Position numbers and translations under genes: made by a program
Source of the DNA: a candidate division WOR-3 bacterium
GTDB lineage: Bacteria > Hydrothermota > Tepidihabitantia > Tepidihabitantales > Tepidihabitantaceae
Assembly (NCBI GenBank): GCA_037441285.1
Contig: JBBISL010000003.1
Location: 74,763 to 138,762 of the forward strand
Length of the DNA stretch: 64,000 bases
Direction of reading: 5' to 3'
The notes under the pieces: generated by a model
What the model was told of the DNA's origin: nothing
What the model saw: the letters and a program-made list of their open reading frames with translations, nothing else
Databases searched by the model: none
Shown here: in pieces, positions 37,707 to 47,657 of the stretch
Layout of the letters: the number at the start of each line of letters is the position of its first letter
How positions within the stretch are numbered: the stretch's first letter is position 1

Positions 37707-39928
37707 GGCAGGAAGGCGCGGAAGGTGCTTTTGCCGAATCGGACATCCGGAAGTTTTTTAATCCTGACTTCGAAGTCGTAGCGCCACTGTTTTCCCAGTC
37801 CGGAAAGCGTTACGAGTGCCTCCCAGCAGTGGAGGTCGCGCCAAAGGGTAATTGAGTAGTCGGTAACCTGGCGCTGGATGATGTTGTAACCGAGGGAGTT
37901 GAGCCCGAGGCGCCATCCTGCATAGGAGAATGCCACAGAGCCGGTAATCATATGGACATTTTTTCCAATCGTATGATTGAGGCGTAATTCCCAGCCATCT
38001 TCCCGCTGGTGAAAGGTGTCGCTAATTGTGTGCGTCCAGAGAAAAGTGGTGAAGGCGGAAAAGTCCTGGCCGAAACGCATTGAGTCGGGGTTAAATGAGA
38101 TGTTACCGTCCAGATACAGGTCCAGGTTGTTGCGCACCGGACCTGAGTCAACAATCGGGAAAAGGGCAAGGGGACGGAGGCTCAAGTTACCATTAAATGG
38201 CGTGAAACGATGGTTGATGAGGTCAAATGAGGTGGTGATGTTTGCCACGCCGAAGTCAACCTTCTGTTTTGTTGCGCCGATTTTTGCCTGGAAGCCATTG
38301 TTGATAGTTAGGATGAAGAGGGCATTTTCCGGATGGGTTAATTCTATTTTACCAAGCAGTCCCTGGGGTGTGACGCGGGGTTGGTAGTTAAACTGCATTA
38401 CCGGTGTCACGGTGTGAAGGATGCCGTGAATTGTGGAGACTGATAAGCCGAATACCCGGTAGAGTGAGAAACTGCTGGTCAGGTAGAAAGAGTAATGGGG
38501 CTCAAGAGGCATTGTATCCAGCAAATCGTCATTCTGGTTGAAGGTGATACCTTCTGCCGTATTGAATATCCCAAGGATTTTTTGAGATGTTGCAAGGGAG
38601 ATTTCGTGATTGAGGGGACGGGAGGAAAACGGCCTTGTGGTAAGCGAGCGGCGCGAAAAATCGGCAATTGAGAGCTGGTCGCTGATGTCAACCCTGCCAA
38701 ACGGGTATTCAGGGCTGGTGAGATTGAAGGATACTCCCGGGGTAAGGCGCTGGCGCAAGAGGGTGTCAATACCGCTGGAATCGTACTGTTCGACCCGGCG
38801 GGAAAAACTCAGGGCAGGAGAGAAGTCCCAGTTACCGGGCAGGGTGCGGGTGTTGAAGGCGAATGACCCAGCCGGGAGGTAGGAGTACTGATAGTGCCGC
38901 ATATAGTAGGTGCGGCGTTCGCCCCGGATGTTGAGCCGGCCCAGGGCGGGAAAACGGTGGCGCAGGGCAGCGTACGAGTACACCTCCTGTTTAAGCCAGT
39001 CCAATCGGTCCTCGGCGTAATCCGGGGCATAAGCGGTGTCCGAGATGAGTTCGGTCTGGATGGTGAAATCGGTCACAGGGGTTATATTACCGGTGCTGGC
39101 AAGGTTGAAGCTGTAGCGAGGACGACCAGGGTTCAGGGTGTCCCAGATTTCCCGGATGTAGGAACCCTGGATTGAGCCACGAACATAAGGGTCGACGATG
39201 TACACTCCTTCGGTGCGGAGTTGAATCCCCTTTTTCGTCATCAAATCGAGGAGGAAAGTGGCATCGGCATAATCGTTGATAACCCAGTAGTAGGAGATGC
39301 CTTTGGCATAGTAACCCTGGTCCCGGGCATTGCCGACTTTAAAGGGCATCAGTCCTGATTTCCTTTTAGATGCGACCGGGACAATCCAGAACGGGGCAGC
39401 AAGAATCGGGATGCGACCGATACGGAGCAGAACCGGTTGGGTAATGGCGATATCGTCCATCAACAACCGGACTCGAGGTCCGAAGAATGTGTAGTGAGGG
39501 TGTTCCCGGTCACAGGTGGTGTAATCGGCACTACGGGCATTGAGGACTTTTTCTTTTACCAGCCAGACTTCTCGGGCGGTAAGATATCCATTTTCCACCT
39601 GAGTGCGAGCGTGGCGCATCATTCCTTTACGGGTGTCAACATTGTAGAAAAGTTCGCGACCGATAACCTCTTCGCTTGCGGTTCGGAACTTTACATTGCG
39701 ATGGGCACTGACAATTTTGGTGTCGATGTGATAGTTGATGGAGTCGGCATAAACCGACATATCCCGGTAGCGAATCCAGGCGGAGTCAAGTAAAACGACC
39801 TGGTTTTTGGTGGCAAGGAAAAGGGCGCGGTTACCACCGTAGTAGATGATATCCGCCGGTGTCGAGTCTGAAGGCGAGGCAAGCGAGTCGGGTGGTAGTT
39901 GGGTCAGAAGCAGTAAGAGCCACAGCAT
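37703..39928 (-). CDS. lptD: LPS-assembly protein LptD (putative)
   Basis: OstA-like N-terminus, YTTCD..HPHY, RKSGLMP, RDLHCWE beta-barrel end. Confidence 0.82.
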   Translation of the reverse strand: MLWLLLLLTQLPPDSLASPSDSTPADIIYYGGNRALFLATKNQVVLLDSAWIRYRDMSVYADSINYHIDTKIVSAHRNVKFRTASEEVIGRELFYNVDTRKGMMRHARTQVENGYLTAREVWLVKEKVLNARSADYTTCDREHPHYTFFGPRVRLLMDDIAITQPVLLRIGRIPILAAPFWIVPVASKRKSGLMPFKVGNARDQGYYAKGISYYWVINDYADATFLLDLMTKKGIQLRTEGVYIVDPYVRGSIQGSYIREIWDTLNPGRPRYSFNLASTGNITPVTDFTIQTELISDTAYAPDYAEDRLDWLKQEVYSYAALRHRFPALGRLNIRGERRTYYMRHYQYSYLPAGSFAFNTRTLPGNWDFSPALSFSRRVEQYDSSGIDTLLRQRLTPGVSFNLTSPEYPFGRVDISDQLSIADFSRRSLTTRPFSSRPLNHEISLATSQKILGIFNTAEGITFNQNDDLLDTMPLEPHYSFYLTSSFSLYRVFGLSVSTIHGILHTVTPVMQFNYQPRVTPQGLLGKIELTHPENALFILTINNGFQAKIGATKQKVDFGVANITTSFDLINHRFTPFNGNLSLRPLALFPIVDSGPVRNNLDLYLDGNISFNPDSMRFGQDFSAFTTFLWTHTISDTFHQREDGWELRLNHTIGKNVHMITGSVAFSYAGWRLGLNSLGYNIIQRQVTDYSITLWRDLHCWEALVTLSGLGKQWRYDFEVRIKKLPDVRFGKSTFRAFLP

Positions 39929-39960
39929 AAATGGTATGTTAGGGAGGAATCAGGGTAAAG

Positions 39961-40722
39961 TCAAACGGACTCAAGCGGACAGCCCGAACAAGTTGGCCGG
40001 GGCCGACAATGGGTTTTCCCGAGATGCACGAGCAGGGCATGGTATTCATTAAAGATAGCAACAGCGCGTGCCCTACTCTTGCCGGTTAACGGAACAAGTT
40101 GTTGTTCCAGCCAAATTCTCAACTGCTCATACGGTTCATCTCCTGAGATGAGTCCGTAGCGGCTGAAAATTCTTCGGGTGTAGGCGTCGACGACAAACAC
40201 CGGGCGGTTAAACGCATACAGGAGAATTGAGTCGGCGGTTTCGGGACCGATGCCGTAGATGTCAAGGAGTTGAGTCCGGAGTTCCGGCGTTGAAAACCTT
40301 TTTACGCTTTCGAGCCCACCGTTCGTTTCGAGCCATTCGGTCAACGCCCGAAGTCTTTTTGCTTTGATGTTGTAATAACCGGCGGGTCGGATGAGAAACG
40401 CCAGTTTTCGCCGGGGTAGTCGGTTCAGTTGATTGAGTTCTAAACACCCGGCAGATTTCAGATTGCTGATCGCCTTTTCGACATTTTTCCAGGCGGTGTT
40501 CTGGGTGAGGACGGCGCCAACAATGACCTCAAACGGAGTTTCCGCGGGCCACCAGTGCCGGGGTCCAAACTTCCGGTAAAGAGCCTGATAAATCTTTATG
40601 ATTGCCGGCGTCTCAGGGGCGGTTGTGAAGGGGACAGAGGGTTGTGGGTTCGGTACCACTGATGAACACCTCGTAGCGGGCGCGGGGACAAAATGGAGTG
40701 GCGAGTTTGCCGGACTGCTCAC
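39961..40722 (-). CDS. endonuclease III-related HhH-GPD DNA glycosylase (true start uncertain, probably near 40600)
   Basis: WWPAETPFEVIVGAVLTQNTAW, GIGPETADSILLY, VVDAYTRR, C..RPTC..CPL. Confidence 0.85.
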   Translation of the reverse strand: MSSPANSPLHFVPAPATRCSSVVPNPQPSVPFTTAPETPAIIKIYQALYRKFGPRHWWPAETPFEVIVGAVLTQNTAWKNVEKAISNLKSAGCLELNQLNRLPRRKLAFLIRPAGYYNIKAKRLRALTEWLETNGGLESVKRFSTPELRTQLLDIYGIGPETADSILLYAFNRPVFVVDAYTRRIFSRYGLISGDEPYEQLRIWLEQQLVPLTGKSRARAVAIFNEYHALLVHLGKTHCRPRPTCSGCPLESV

Positions 40723-42640
40723 AGATGGCGATGGTTTTGATGTCCGGTGGCACCGGGAATGTGCTCATCGTGTCCGGGGCGATTTGCTTCATAAGTTCGC
40801 CCCAAACCGGTGCGGCGATAACACCACCCGTTGCCCCGCGGAAGATTGTTCTTTTTCTGTCATAGCCAATCCAGATGCCGCAAGTGAGTGTGGGTGTGAA
40901 ACCGATAAACCAGGCGTCGGTGTAATCGTCGGTGGTGCCGGTTTTGCCCGCTGCTGGTCCGGTAAAGCCAAGTTGACGAATTGCAGTTCCGGTACCTTCA
41001 TTGACCACACTTTGCATCATACTGGTCATTATGTAGGCGGTCTGGGGCCTGATCGCCAGCATTGGTTCCGGGTGGTTTTCCTCAAGTTCCTGGCCGTTTT
41101 CGTCTTCAACACGGTTAATCATTATCGGTTTGACCCGGACCCCTTGATTGGCGATGGTGTTGAAGCCGTTGGTCATTTCCATAAGGGTGAGTTCGATTGA
41201 GCCGAGAGCAAGGGAGTAATAAGGCGGGAGTTTGTGGGTGATTCCCATTGTGGTGGCATATCGAGCGACAAGTTCTGGACCGATTCGGGCGGCAAGGCGG
41301 ACCGCAACCAGATTGCGGGATAACGCCAAGGCCCGGCGCAAAGTCATTGGACCCAAAAATTTCTGGTCGTAATTGTGGGGTTGGTAATCGGGTTGGCCCG
41401 GTATCTTCAATGTGATGGGGTTGTCTTCTTCAATGTCGGCAGCGGTTAATCCGTTGTCAATCGCCGCGGTGAAGACAAACGGCTTAAATGTACTTCCCAC
41501 CTGACGCAAAGCCTGGGTTGCCCGGTTGAATTCGCTGGCACGAAAGTCCCTGCCGCCAATCATCGCCCGGACCTCACCGGTTTTAACATCAAGTACCACC
41601 AGTGCGCCCTGAAGATAAGCGGGCTCACCAATTGTGGTGTCGGACTTGGCGATTGAGTCGTAGAATCGTTTTGTCGGTTTCAGGTGGTAGTCCGATTCCA
41701 GGCGGTCCAGCCAGCCGAGCAGGCTTCGGTTCGCAGCGGCTTGGATCTCGAGGTCAAGGGTGGTGTAAATTGTTGCGCCTGATTTGTAAACGAAGTCGTA
41801 ACCGTAGCGATTGATTAAATAGCGCCGGATTTCTTCGACAAAATAAGGTGCTTCATTGGTAACACCACCCGGAGGTTGAACATTTAATGGTCTCTGCAGT
41901 GCCTTTTCCCACTCCTCTTTTGTCAAACGGCCCAGTCGATACAGTTTGGTGAGGAAGAAGTTACGGCGTCGGATTAGTCGCTCCGGATGGGTGTAGGGAG
42001 AGTAGGCGCTGGGATTGGCAATCATCGCGCCAATCGTCGCACACTCGACCGGGTCGAGGCGCGAGACATGTTTACCAAAATACTTCTCACTGGCAGCGGC
42101 AACCCCGTATATTGAACCACCAAACCATACCTGATTGAGATACATCTCAAGGATTTCCTGTTTTGAATAGTGCCGTTCCAGTTCCAGGGCAAGGACCATC
42201 TCCTTTAATTTTCGGCTGAGAGTCCTTTTCGGGGTGAGGAACATTGAACGGGCAAGTTGTTGTGTAATGGTAGAGGCGCCTTGCAGGTCTCCGGGGTGAA
42301 GGATGTTGGCAACGATTGAACCGGCAACCCGGATGAGGTCAATACCCCAGTGATGGTAGAAGCGCTTATCCTCAACTGCAACAACCGCATCAACGAGACA
42401 GGCAGGAATAGTTTCGAGCGGTACCGGACGCCTCTTTTCTTGAAACAGTTCAGCAATGACACGACCTTTACAGTCGAGAATTCGGGTGCTGGCGGGTGCT
42501 TTAAAGTTAAGAATGGTTTCCGGGGTTGGGAGGTCGGCGCGGAGTTTAAGAAAGACAGCGATGCCAATCAGGGTGATAAGAACCAGACCGATAAGAACAG
42601 TCAGGAGGAGAGCCCGTAATGGACGAGACAAGGTACTCAA
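40613..42640 (-). CDS. class A penicillin-binding protein (PBP1A family)
   Basis: EDKRFYHH.G, GASTITQQLA, RKLKE; STFK, SRN, KTGT. Confidence 0.95.
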   Translation of the reverse strand: MSTLSRPLRALLLTVLIGLVLITLIGIAVFLKLRADLPTPETILNFKAPASTRILDCKGRVIAELFQEKRRPVPLETIPACLVDAVVAVEDKRFYHHWGIDLIRVAGSIVANILHPGDLQGASTITQQLARSMFLTPKRTLSRKLKEMVLALELERHYSKQEILEMYLNQVWFGGSIYGVAAASEKYFGKHVSRLDPVECATIGAMIANPSAYSPYTHPERLIRRRNFFLTKLYRLGRLTKEEWEKALQRPLNVQPPGGVTNEAPYFVEEIRRYLINRYGYDFVYKSGATIYTTLDLEIQAAANRSLLGWLDRLESDYHLKPTKRFYDSIAKSDTTIGEPAYLQGALVVLDVKTGEVRAMIGGRDFRASEFNRATQALRQVGSTFKPFVFTAAIDNGLTAADIEEDNPITLKIPGQPDYQPHNYDQKFLGPMTLRRALALSRNLVAVRLAARIGPELVARYATTMGITHKLPPYYSLALGSIELTLMEMTNGFNTIANQGVRVKPIMINRVEDENGQELEENHPEPMLAIRPQTAYIMTSMMQSVVNEGTGTAIRQLGFTGPAAGKTGTTDDYTDAWFIGFTPTLTCGIWIGYDRKRTIFRGATGGVIAAPVWGELMKQIAPDTMSTFPVPPDIKTIAICEQSGKLATPFCPRARYEVFISGTEPTTLCPLHNRP

Positions 42641-42654
42641 GCAGTGGTCACAAT

Positions 42655-43737
42655 TCAGGTTGTGTAGCGGTTTATAACTTCATTGCTTACCGCCAGCCGG
42701 AGCATATCAAGGGCTTCGCCTTCCTGTGATGCTTTGACGAGCCAGTGCTGGGCAGGAGGTATCGTGCCACCGTGAATGCGCACCGAGGTGTTAACCGTAT
42801 CCTCGATGATATTGTGGGCATAGAGTTTTAAAAGCATTGAGTCGAAGTTAATGCTGCTGGAATTGGTGGCGAGCCAGGCGGTGCGATAAACCAGCCAGCG
42901 CAGGGCTTCGATGTTTGCCGCGATTGCGCTAATGCTGCGCTGAAACTCTTTGCGGGTAGAGATTGGTTCGTTCATCGATTTCCAATCCCGGACATACTGT
43001 GCTGATGTTTCAAGTATGCGGCTGCAGACCCCGAGGATTGCGGCACTCCGGGAGATGCGCGACAACGGAAACCATTTATAGCCGAGATAGAGCGCTGCGC
43101 CGGGTTTGCCAAGGAGTTTGTCGGAACCGATACGACATTCTGACAGGAGCAACCGGGCAGGAGTAACGCCGAAGTCGACTTCGGTGCCGGGTGCGTTGTT
43201 ATCAACGAGGAAACAGGCAACACCCTCGGGCGCTCGGGCAAAGACGAGGCAGAAGTCAAAGTCGGGACGGGAGAGTAGTTTAACACCGCTGAGAATGTAA
43301 TTGTCACCATCAGGCCGGGCGGTGGCGGACATATCATCGGGATTGGAAAAATGTTCCGGCTCCCGGAAGGCAAGGGCATAACTCTTTTCACCCGCAACGA
43401 CCGGCAAAAGATAATCCGCTTTTAGACTGTCCGGACATTCGTAAAGAATCGGGGTAAAATCACCCCAGTCAACCGGTATGATAGTTTTTGACAGCTCTTC
43501 CGCGATCAGGCAGGTTTCAATTAAGCCCAGACCACCACCACCAAACTGCTCGGGCACGCCCGCACTGTACAGTCCCATTTCTTTTATTTTTTGGGTGGCT
43601 TCCCGGGTAATGGCTTCTCGTTCTTCTCGGGTGCGGACATTGAGAAATTTTGGTTCCACAGGCAGGAGGTCACGCCGGACAAACTCATGAACCGTCTGCC
43701 GAATCATTTCTGCATCTTCGGAAAAGGAGAAGTCCAA
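42655..43737 (-). CDS. acyl-CoA dehydrogenase family protein (divergent)
   Basis: MDFSFSE, PEQFGGGGLG, AFREP, YILSGVK, RIHGG. Confidence 0.8.
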   Translation of the reverse strand: MDFSFSEDAEMIRQTVHEFVRRDLLPVEPKFLNVRTREEREAITREATQKIKEMGLYSAGVPEQFGGGGLGLIETCLIAEELSKTIIPVDWGDFTPILYECPDSLKADYLLPVVAGEKSYALAFREPEHFSNPDDMSATARPDGDNYILSGVKLLSRPDFDFCLVFARAPEGVACFLVDNNAPGTEVDFGVTPARLLLSECRIGSDKLLGKPGAALYLGYKWFPLSRISRSAAILGVCSRILETSAQYVRDWKSMNEPISTRKEFQRSISAIAANIEALRWLVYRTAWLATNSSSINFDSMLLKLYAHNIIEDTVNTSVRIHGGTIPPAQHWLVKASQEGEALDMLRLAVSNEVINRYTT

Positions 43738-45369
43738 TCAAGCCTCCTTTTTGGTATAATCGGGCAGAATCAAGGGCGATTTTGTTGTCGGAGCGATGCG
43801 GTGTTTTTGCAACTCCTGGTCCCATTTTTCAATATGCTTGAGGGTAAGTTCCAGATTAGAGCCTCTGGCCCGGGCGGTTTGGGCGGCAGCAGCACCAGCC
43901 CGACGCCCGAACACGATGACATCCAGTAGCGAGTTGCCCATCAGACGGTTGCGGCCGTGGACACCACCGGAAGCCTCACCGGCAACAAACAGAAACGGAA
44001 CATTGGTTCGGCAATCAGGGTCAATTGCGACCCCGCCATTCTGGTAGTGTAGGGTCGGATATACGAGAATCGGTTCTTTGTCCAGTTCAATTCCGAAGCG
44101 GGCAAATTGACGAACCATTGCGGGTAGTTCTTTTTTTACCGTGCCCGGTCCGCGCAAAATTTCAATCATCGGGGTGTCAAGCCAGACACCGGAGATGTTG
44201 CCGGGTGTTACAACGCCTTTGCCTTTCTGGCATTCCCGGATTATCGCTGAGGCAACCACATCCCGGGTTTCAAGCGGGTATATGAACTGCTGTCCGTCAA
44301 TATTAAGGAGCTGGGCACCCAGACTCCGGACCTTTTCGGTTACCAGCTGCCCAATGATTTGCTGGGGATAAGCAACGCCGGTCGGGTGGTACTGCATCGT
44401 ATCGATAAATGCCAGTCGGGCGCCGGCACGATAGGCAAGAACCAACCCGTCGCCGGTCGCACCGTAGTGGTTAGAGGTTGGAAATCCCTGATAGTGAAGT
44501 CGACCACTGCCGCCCGTGGCGATAATAACCGTTTTTGCCCGAATTACCGTGTAGTGGTAATCGCGGGAAAGGGCATTGCCGCTGAGGTTCAGGTTTAATA
44601 GAACCGCACCGGTGATTGCACCGGTTGAGTCGGTGAGCAGTTCAACCGCCGGAGAAAATTCAAGGACGGTAATTTGCGGACGGCTTTTTAGTTCATCCCG
44701 GAGGGTACGCATAATCTCAGCGCCGGTGTAGTCACGGGCGGTGTGCATCCGTTTGCGGGATGTGCCGCCACCGTGGATTGTTTTCATTGACCCGTCCGGG
44801 TTTTTATCAAACATTACCCCGAGGTCTTCAAGCCATTGAATTGCTTCCGGTGCATCAGTCACAAGCGTTTCCACCAGTTCTGGGATATTGGCAAAATGTC
44901 CTCCTCCCAGCACATCGAGATAGTGGAGTGCCGGCGAGTCGTTTTGTTTGTCGGCGGCTTGAATTCCACCTTGTGCCATCATCGTGTTGGCGTCACCGAG
45001 ACGCAGTTTCGTTGCCACAATTACTTTTGCTCCAAGGTCATCGGCGATAAGCGCGGCGGCGCAACCGGCACCACCGCCACCAATTACAAGGACATCGCAG
45101 TCGTAGTCTGGATGGTCAACAGCAATGCTGGCTTCTTTTAACAAACTTTCGCCTTCAAGAAGTAGAGCAAGTTCGCGCGGGGTGCGGTCGCCGGCGTTCG
45201 GTCCAACCCGAAGGGTGGAGAATGTGTCGGCACGGTAATCGGGATGGTATTCCTGGAGCAGTTTATCTTTTTCCTCGGCGGTCAGGCGGGGAAAGGCCTG
45301 TTTCAGACGGTCCGGTCTTGTTTGTGCCACGCGGGTGGCAAGTTCATTCAACGGAGATGGATAAGCCAT
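43738..45369 (-). CDS. soluble fumarate reductase/succinate dehydrogenase-like flavoprotein (TfrA/SdhA family)
   Basis: GGGGAG, AQGG, QYHPTG, TEKVR, TRDVV, LHYQNGG, HGRNRLMGNSL. Confidence 0.88.
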   Translation of the reverse strand: MAYPSPLNELATRVAQTRPDRLKQAFPRLTAEEKDKLLQEYHPDYRADTFSTLRVGPNAGDRTPRELALLLEGESLLKEASIAVDHPDYDCDVLVIGGGGAGCAAALIADDLGAKVIVATKLRLGDANTMMAQGGIQAADKQNDSPALHYLDVLGGGHFANIPELVETLVTDAPEAIQWLEDLGVMFDKNPDGSMKTIHGGGTSRKRMHTARDYTGAEIMRTLRDELKSRPQITVLEFSPAVELLTDSTGAITGAVLLNLNLSGNALSRDYHYTVIRAKTVIIATGGSGRLHYQGFPTSNHYGATGDGLVLAYRAGARLAFIDTMQYHPTGVAYPQQIIGQLVTEKVRSLGAQLLNIDGQQFIYPLETRDVVASAIIRECQKGKGVVTPGNISGVWLDTPMIEILRGPGTVKKELPAMVRQFARFGIELDKEPILVYPTLHYQNGGVAIDPDCRTNVPFLFVAGEASGGVHGRNRLMGNSLLDVIVFGRRAGAAAAQTARARGSNLELTLKHIEKWDQELQKHRIAPTTKSPLILPDYTKKEA

Positions 45370-45373
45370 TTTT

Positions 45374-46057
45374 TTACTCCTCGGGTTCTATATCCCGGTT
45401 AGCGTAAAGTTTTTTAAGTTCTGCCTGGGGCATATTTTTAAGTTCGGCGAGGGCAGCAGCAAATTTACCCGATTTGATTTCTTGAATCCGTTGTTTCAGA
45501 TGTTCGGAGCGGGGGGCGAGAAATTTGCCATAGATGCGCCGGCAGAGTAAGGCGGCGTGATGTTTAACCAGTTCGGCGGGACAGCGACTGACACACAGTC
45601 CGCACATAATACAGTCAAACGAGATGTCAGCAGCAAGCGGGATTTCACCCCGGACAATTGCCGAAACATAGCCCAGAACATCGATTTCCTGGGGGCAGGA
45701 TTTAGTACAGGTGTTACATCCGTAGCAGGTTAACATTTCGGGGTAGATATCGAGCACCTCCTGGGCGGTACCTTTCAGTTCGGAAAGGCGATAGCGCGGC
45801 TGGTGTGCCGGGAAATAAGGAATCATCGCCAGTTGCATATTGGGTTCAATTTTGGTCTGGCAGGCAAGGGCGAATTTTAAGTGGTAATCTCCGGCAACGC
45901 GATACACAGTGGCACAGGCACCACAGAAACCACCCCGGCAGCCAACACCGCGAATAAGCCGATAGCCCGCATACTCAAGCGCCTGAAGAATAGTCAATGA
46001 ATCGGGAACCCGATGATGCTCACCCATAATATAGATGTCAATCATATTTTCAGCCAT
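45374..46057 (-). CDS. SdhB-like Fe-S protein (2Fe-2S plus 4Fe-4S dicluster)
   Basis: GCRGGFCGAC...LACQ; CYGCNTCTKSCP; CIMCGLCVSRCP; GGAGG RBS. Confidence 0.85.
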   Translation of the reverse strand: MAENMIDIYIMGEHHRVPDSLTILQALEYAGYRLIRGVGCRGGFCGACATVYRVAGDYHLKFALACQTKIEPNMQLAMIPYFPAHQPRYRLSELKGTAQEVLDIYPEMLTCYGCNTCTKSCPQEIDVLGYVSAIVRGEIPLAADISFDCIMCGLCVSRCPAELVKHHAALLCRRIYGKFLAPRSEHLKQRIQEIKSGKFAAALAELKNMPQAELKKLYANRDIEPEE

Positions 46058-46499
46058 TGATTGCCTCCCGATAAAACTCGTCAAGATAATAGTCGTCGCG
46101 AGGCGCCAGGTGCGCCAGCAGATGTCTCATCTGTTCAATCGCCCTTTCTCTGACGATGTAATGTTTTATCGTCGTGTCTACCTGGGGGCAGGATAAGACA
46201 CATTGATAACAGCGGTCGCAGTCCGAGCCGACCATTGTTTCGAGGGCGAGACTGGTGCGCTGGGCGGTGCGTTTTAATCGGGCGGGTTCTCGTGCCAATA
46301 AGGAGCAGATGTCAATGCAGTTTCCACAACCCAGACAGGCGCGGCTACCGGTGATGTTTTCCTTGACCTTTAATGTATGAGAGGGCCCGAATCCAGAAGA
46401 AAGCAGCCGGCAGCGTGGTACCGGAGAAGCCGAAGTGTCGAGAATAATTTCGAGAACGCGTTTTACCTTCTGAACATCGGTCTGGACCGTGTTGGGCAT
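46050..46499 (-). CDS. small 2x[4Fe-4S] ferredoxin-like protein
   Basis: CLGCGNCIDIC and CDRCYQCVLSCP. Confidence 0.8.
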   Translation of the reverse strand: MPNTVQTDVQKVKRVLEIILDTSASPVPRCRLLSSGFGPSHTLKVKENITGSRACLGCGNCIDICSLLAREPARLKRTAQRTSLALETMVGSDCDRCYQCVLSCPQVDTTIKHYIVRERAIEQMRHLLAHLAPRDDYYLDEFYREAING

Positions 46500-46505
46500 A
46501 ACAGT

Positions 46506-47480
46506 TTACCCCTGCTTGATTTTTTTGAACTCTTCAGTGAGAAGGGGGACAACCTGAAACAGGTCACCGACGATACCATAATCGGCAACTTTAAAAATAT
46601 TTGCCTCAGGGTCTTTGTTGATTGCCACGATGCATTTTGAGTTAATCATTCCAACCAGGTGCTGGATGGCACCGGAAATACCACAGGCGATATAGAGTGA
46701 GGGGGCAACAACTTTGCCGGTCTGTCCCACCTGAAACTGGTGGTCGCGCCAGCCGGCATCAACCGCAGCCCGGGAGGCGCCCACAGCGGCACCGATTACC
46801 GCCGCCAGTTCTTCCAGCAGGGCGTAGTTTTCCGGTGCTTTCATTCCCCGACCACCGGACACGACAATGTCGGCTTCGGTCAGTTCTACCGTTTTGGTAA
46901 CTGTCTTGACGATTTCGGCAACCTTCATTCGCAACTCATCGGGTGTCAACTGGGCGGTGACAATCTGCCCGCCGCGGTTTAGTTCACCTTGAGCGCCCAC
47001 CGCCCGGGGCCGCAGGCTTATGACCAGCGGTTGCACCTCCGGAGCTTTAACGGTCGCGAGCGCCTTTCCGGCATAGATTGGGCGAGTGGCAACGACATTT
47101 CCGTCTTCATCAAAGTCAATTGCGGTGCAGTCTGATAACAGTGCGGTTTCCAACCGGGAACCCAGGGTGGCGGCGAGGTCTTTACCCAGTGCGGTGGCGC
47201 TGAGGATGATTGCGTACGGTTTGTGTTCGCGTGCCAGCCTCTCCAGGACACTGCCATAGCCGTCCGGGGTGTAAAATTCAAGTGCTGGGTCATCGGCCGT
47301 GATAACTTTATTTACGCCGAATTTAACAACTTCCTGAGCGAGGGTGGAGATGTTTTTCCCTAAAATGACGGCGGTGAGTTCATCCTGTTTCTTTTCGGCA
47401 ATCTTGAAGCCGGCGAGCAGTGCTTCAAAAGCAACCTTTTTTAGACTACCTTCACGCTGTTCGCAAAAAACCATTACCAT
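46506..47480 (-). CDS. etfA: electron transfer flavoprotein alpha subunit
   Basis: [46 protein letters not shown]. Confidence 0.95.
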   Translation of the reverse strand: MVMVFCEQREGSLKKVAFEALLAGFKIAEKKQDELTAVILGKNISTLAQEVVKFGVNKVITADDPALEFYTPDGYGSVLERLAREHKPYAIILSATALGKDLAATLGSRLETALLSDCTAIDFDEDGNVVATRPIYAGKALATVKAPEVQPLVISLRPRAVGAQGELNRGGQIVTAQLTPDELRMKVAEIVKTVTKTVELTEADIVVSGGRGMKAPENYALLEELAAVIGAAVGASRAAVDAGWRDHQFQVGQTGKVVAPSLYIACGISGAIQHLVGMINSKCIVAINKDPEANIFKVADYGIVGDLFQVVPLLTEEFKKIKQG

Positions 47481-47657
47481 TAGATTCCTCCTGCTCTGTT
47501 GGTTATTAACTTCATAATAACAAAGAAGTCTACCAGAATAATCAGTGTACCATTAGAGAAAAACAAGTCAAGAAATTGAGAATGATTGCCCTTTTATCAG
47601 GGTTACCAAGTTTCAGGGCGTGTTTCTTATTACGCAGGTGGTGCCGTAATTACTGTA

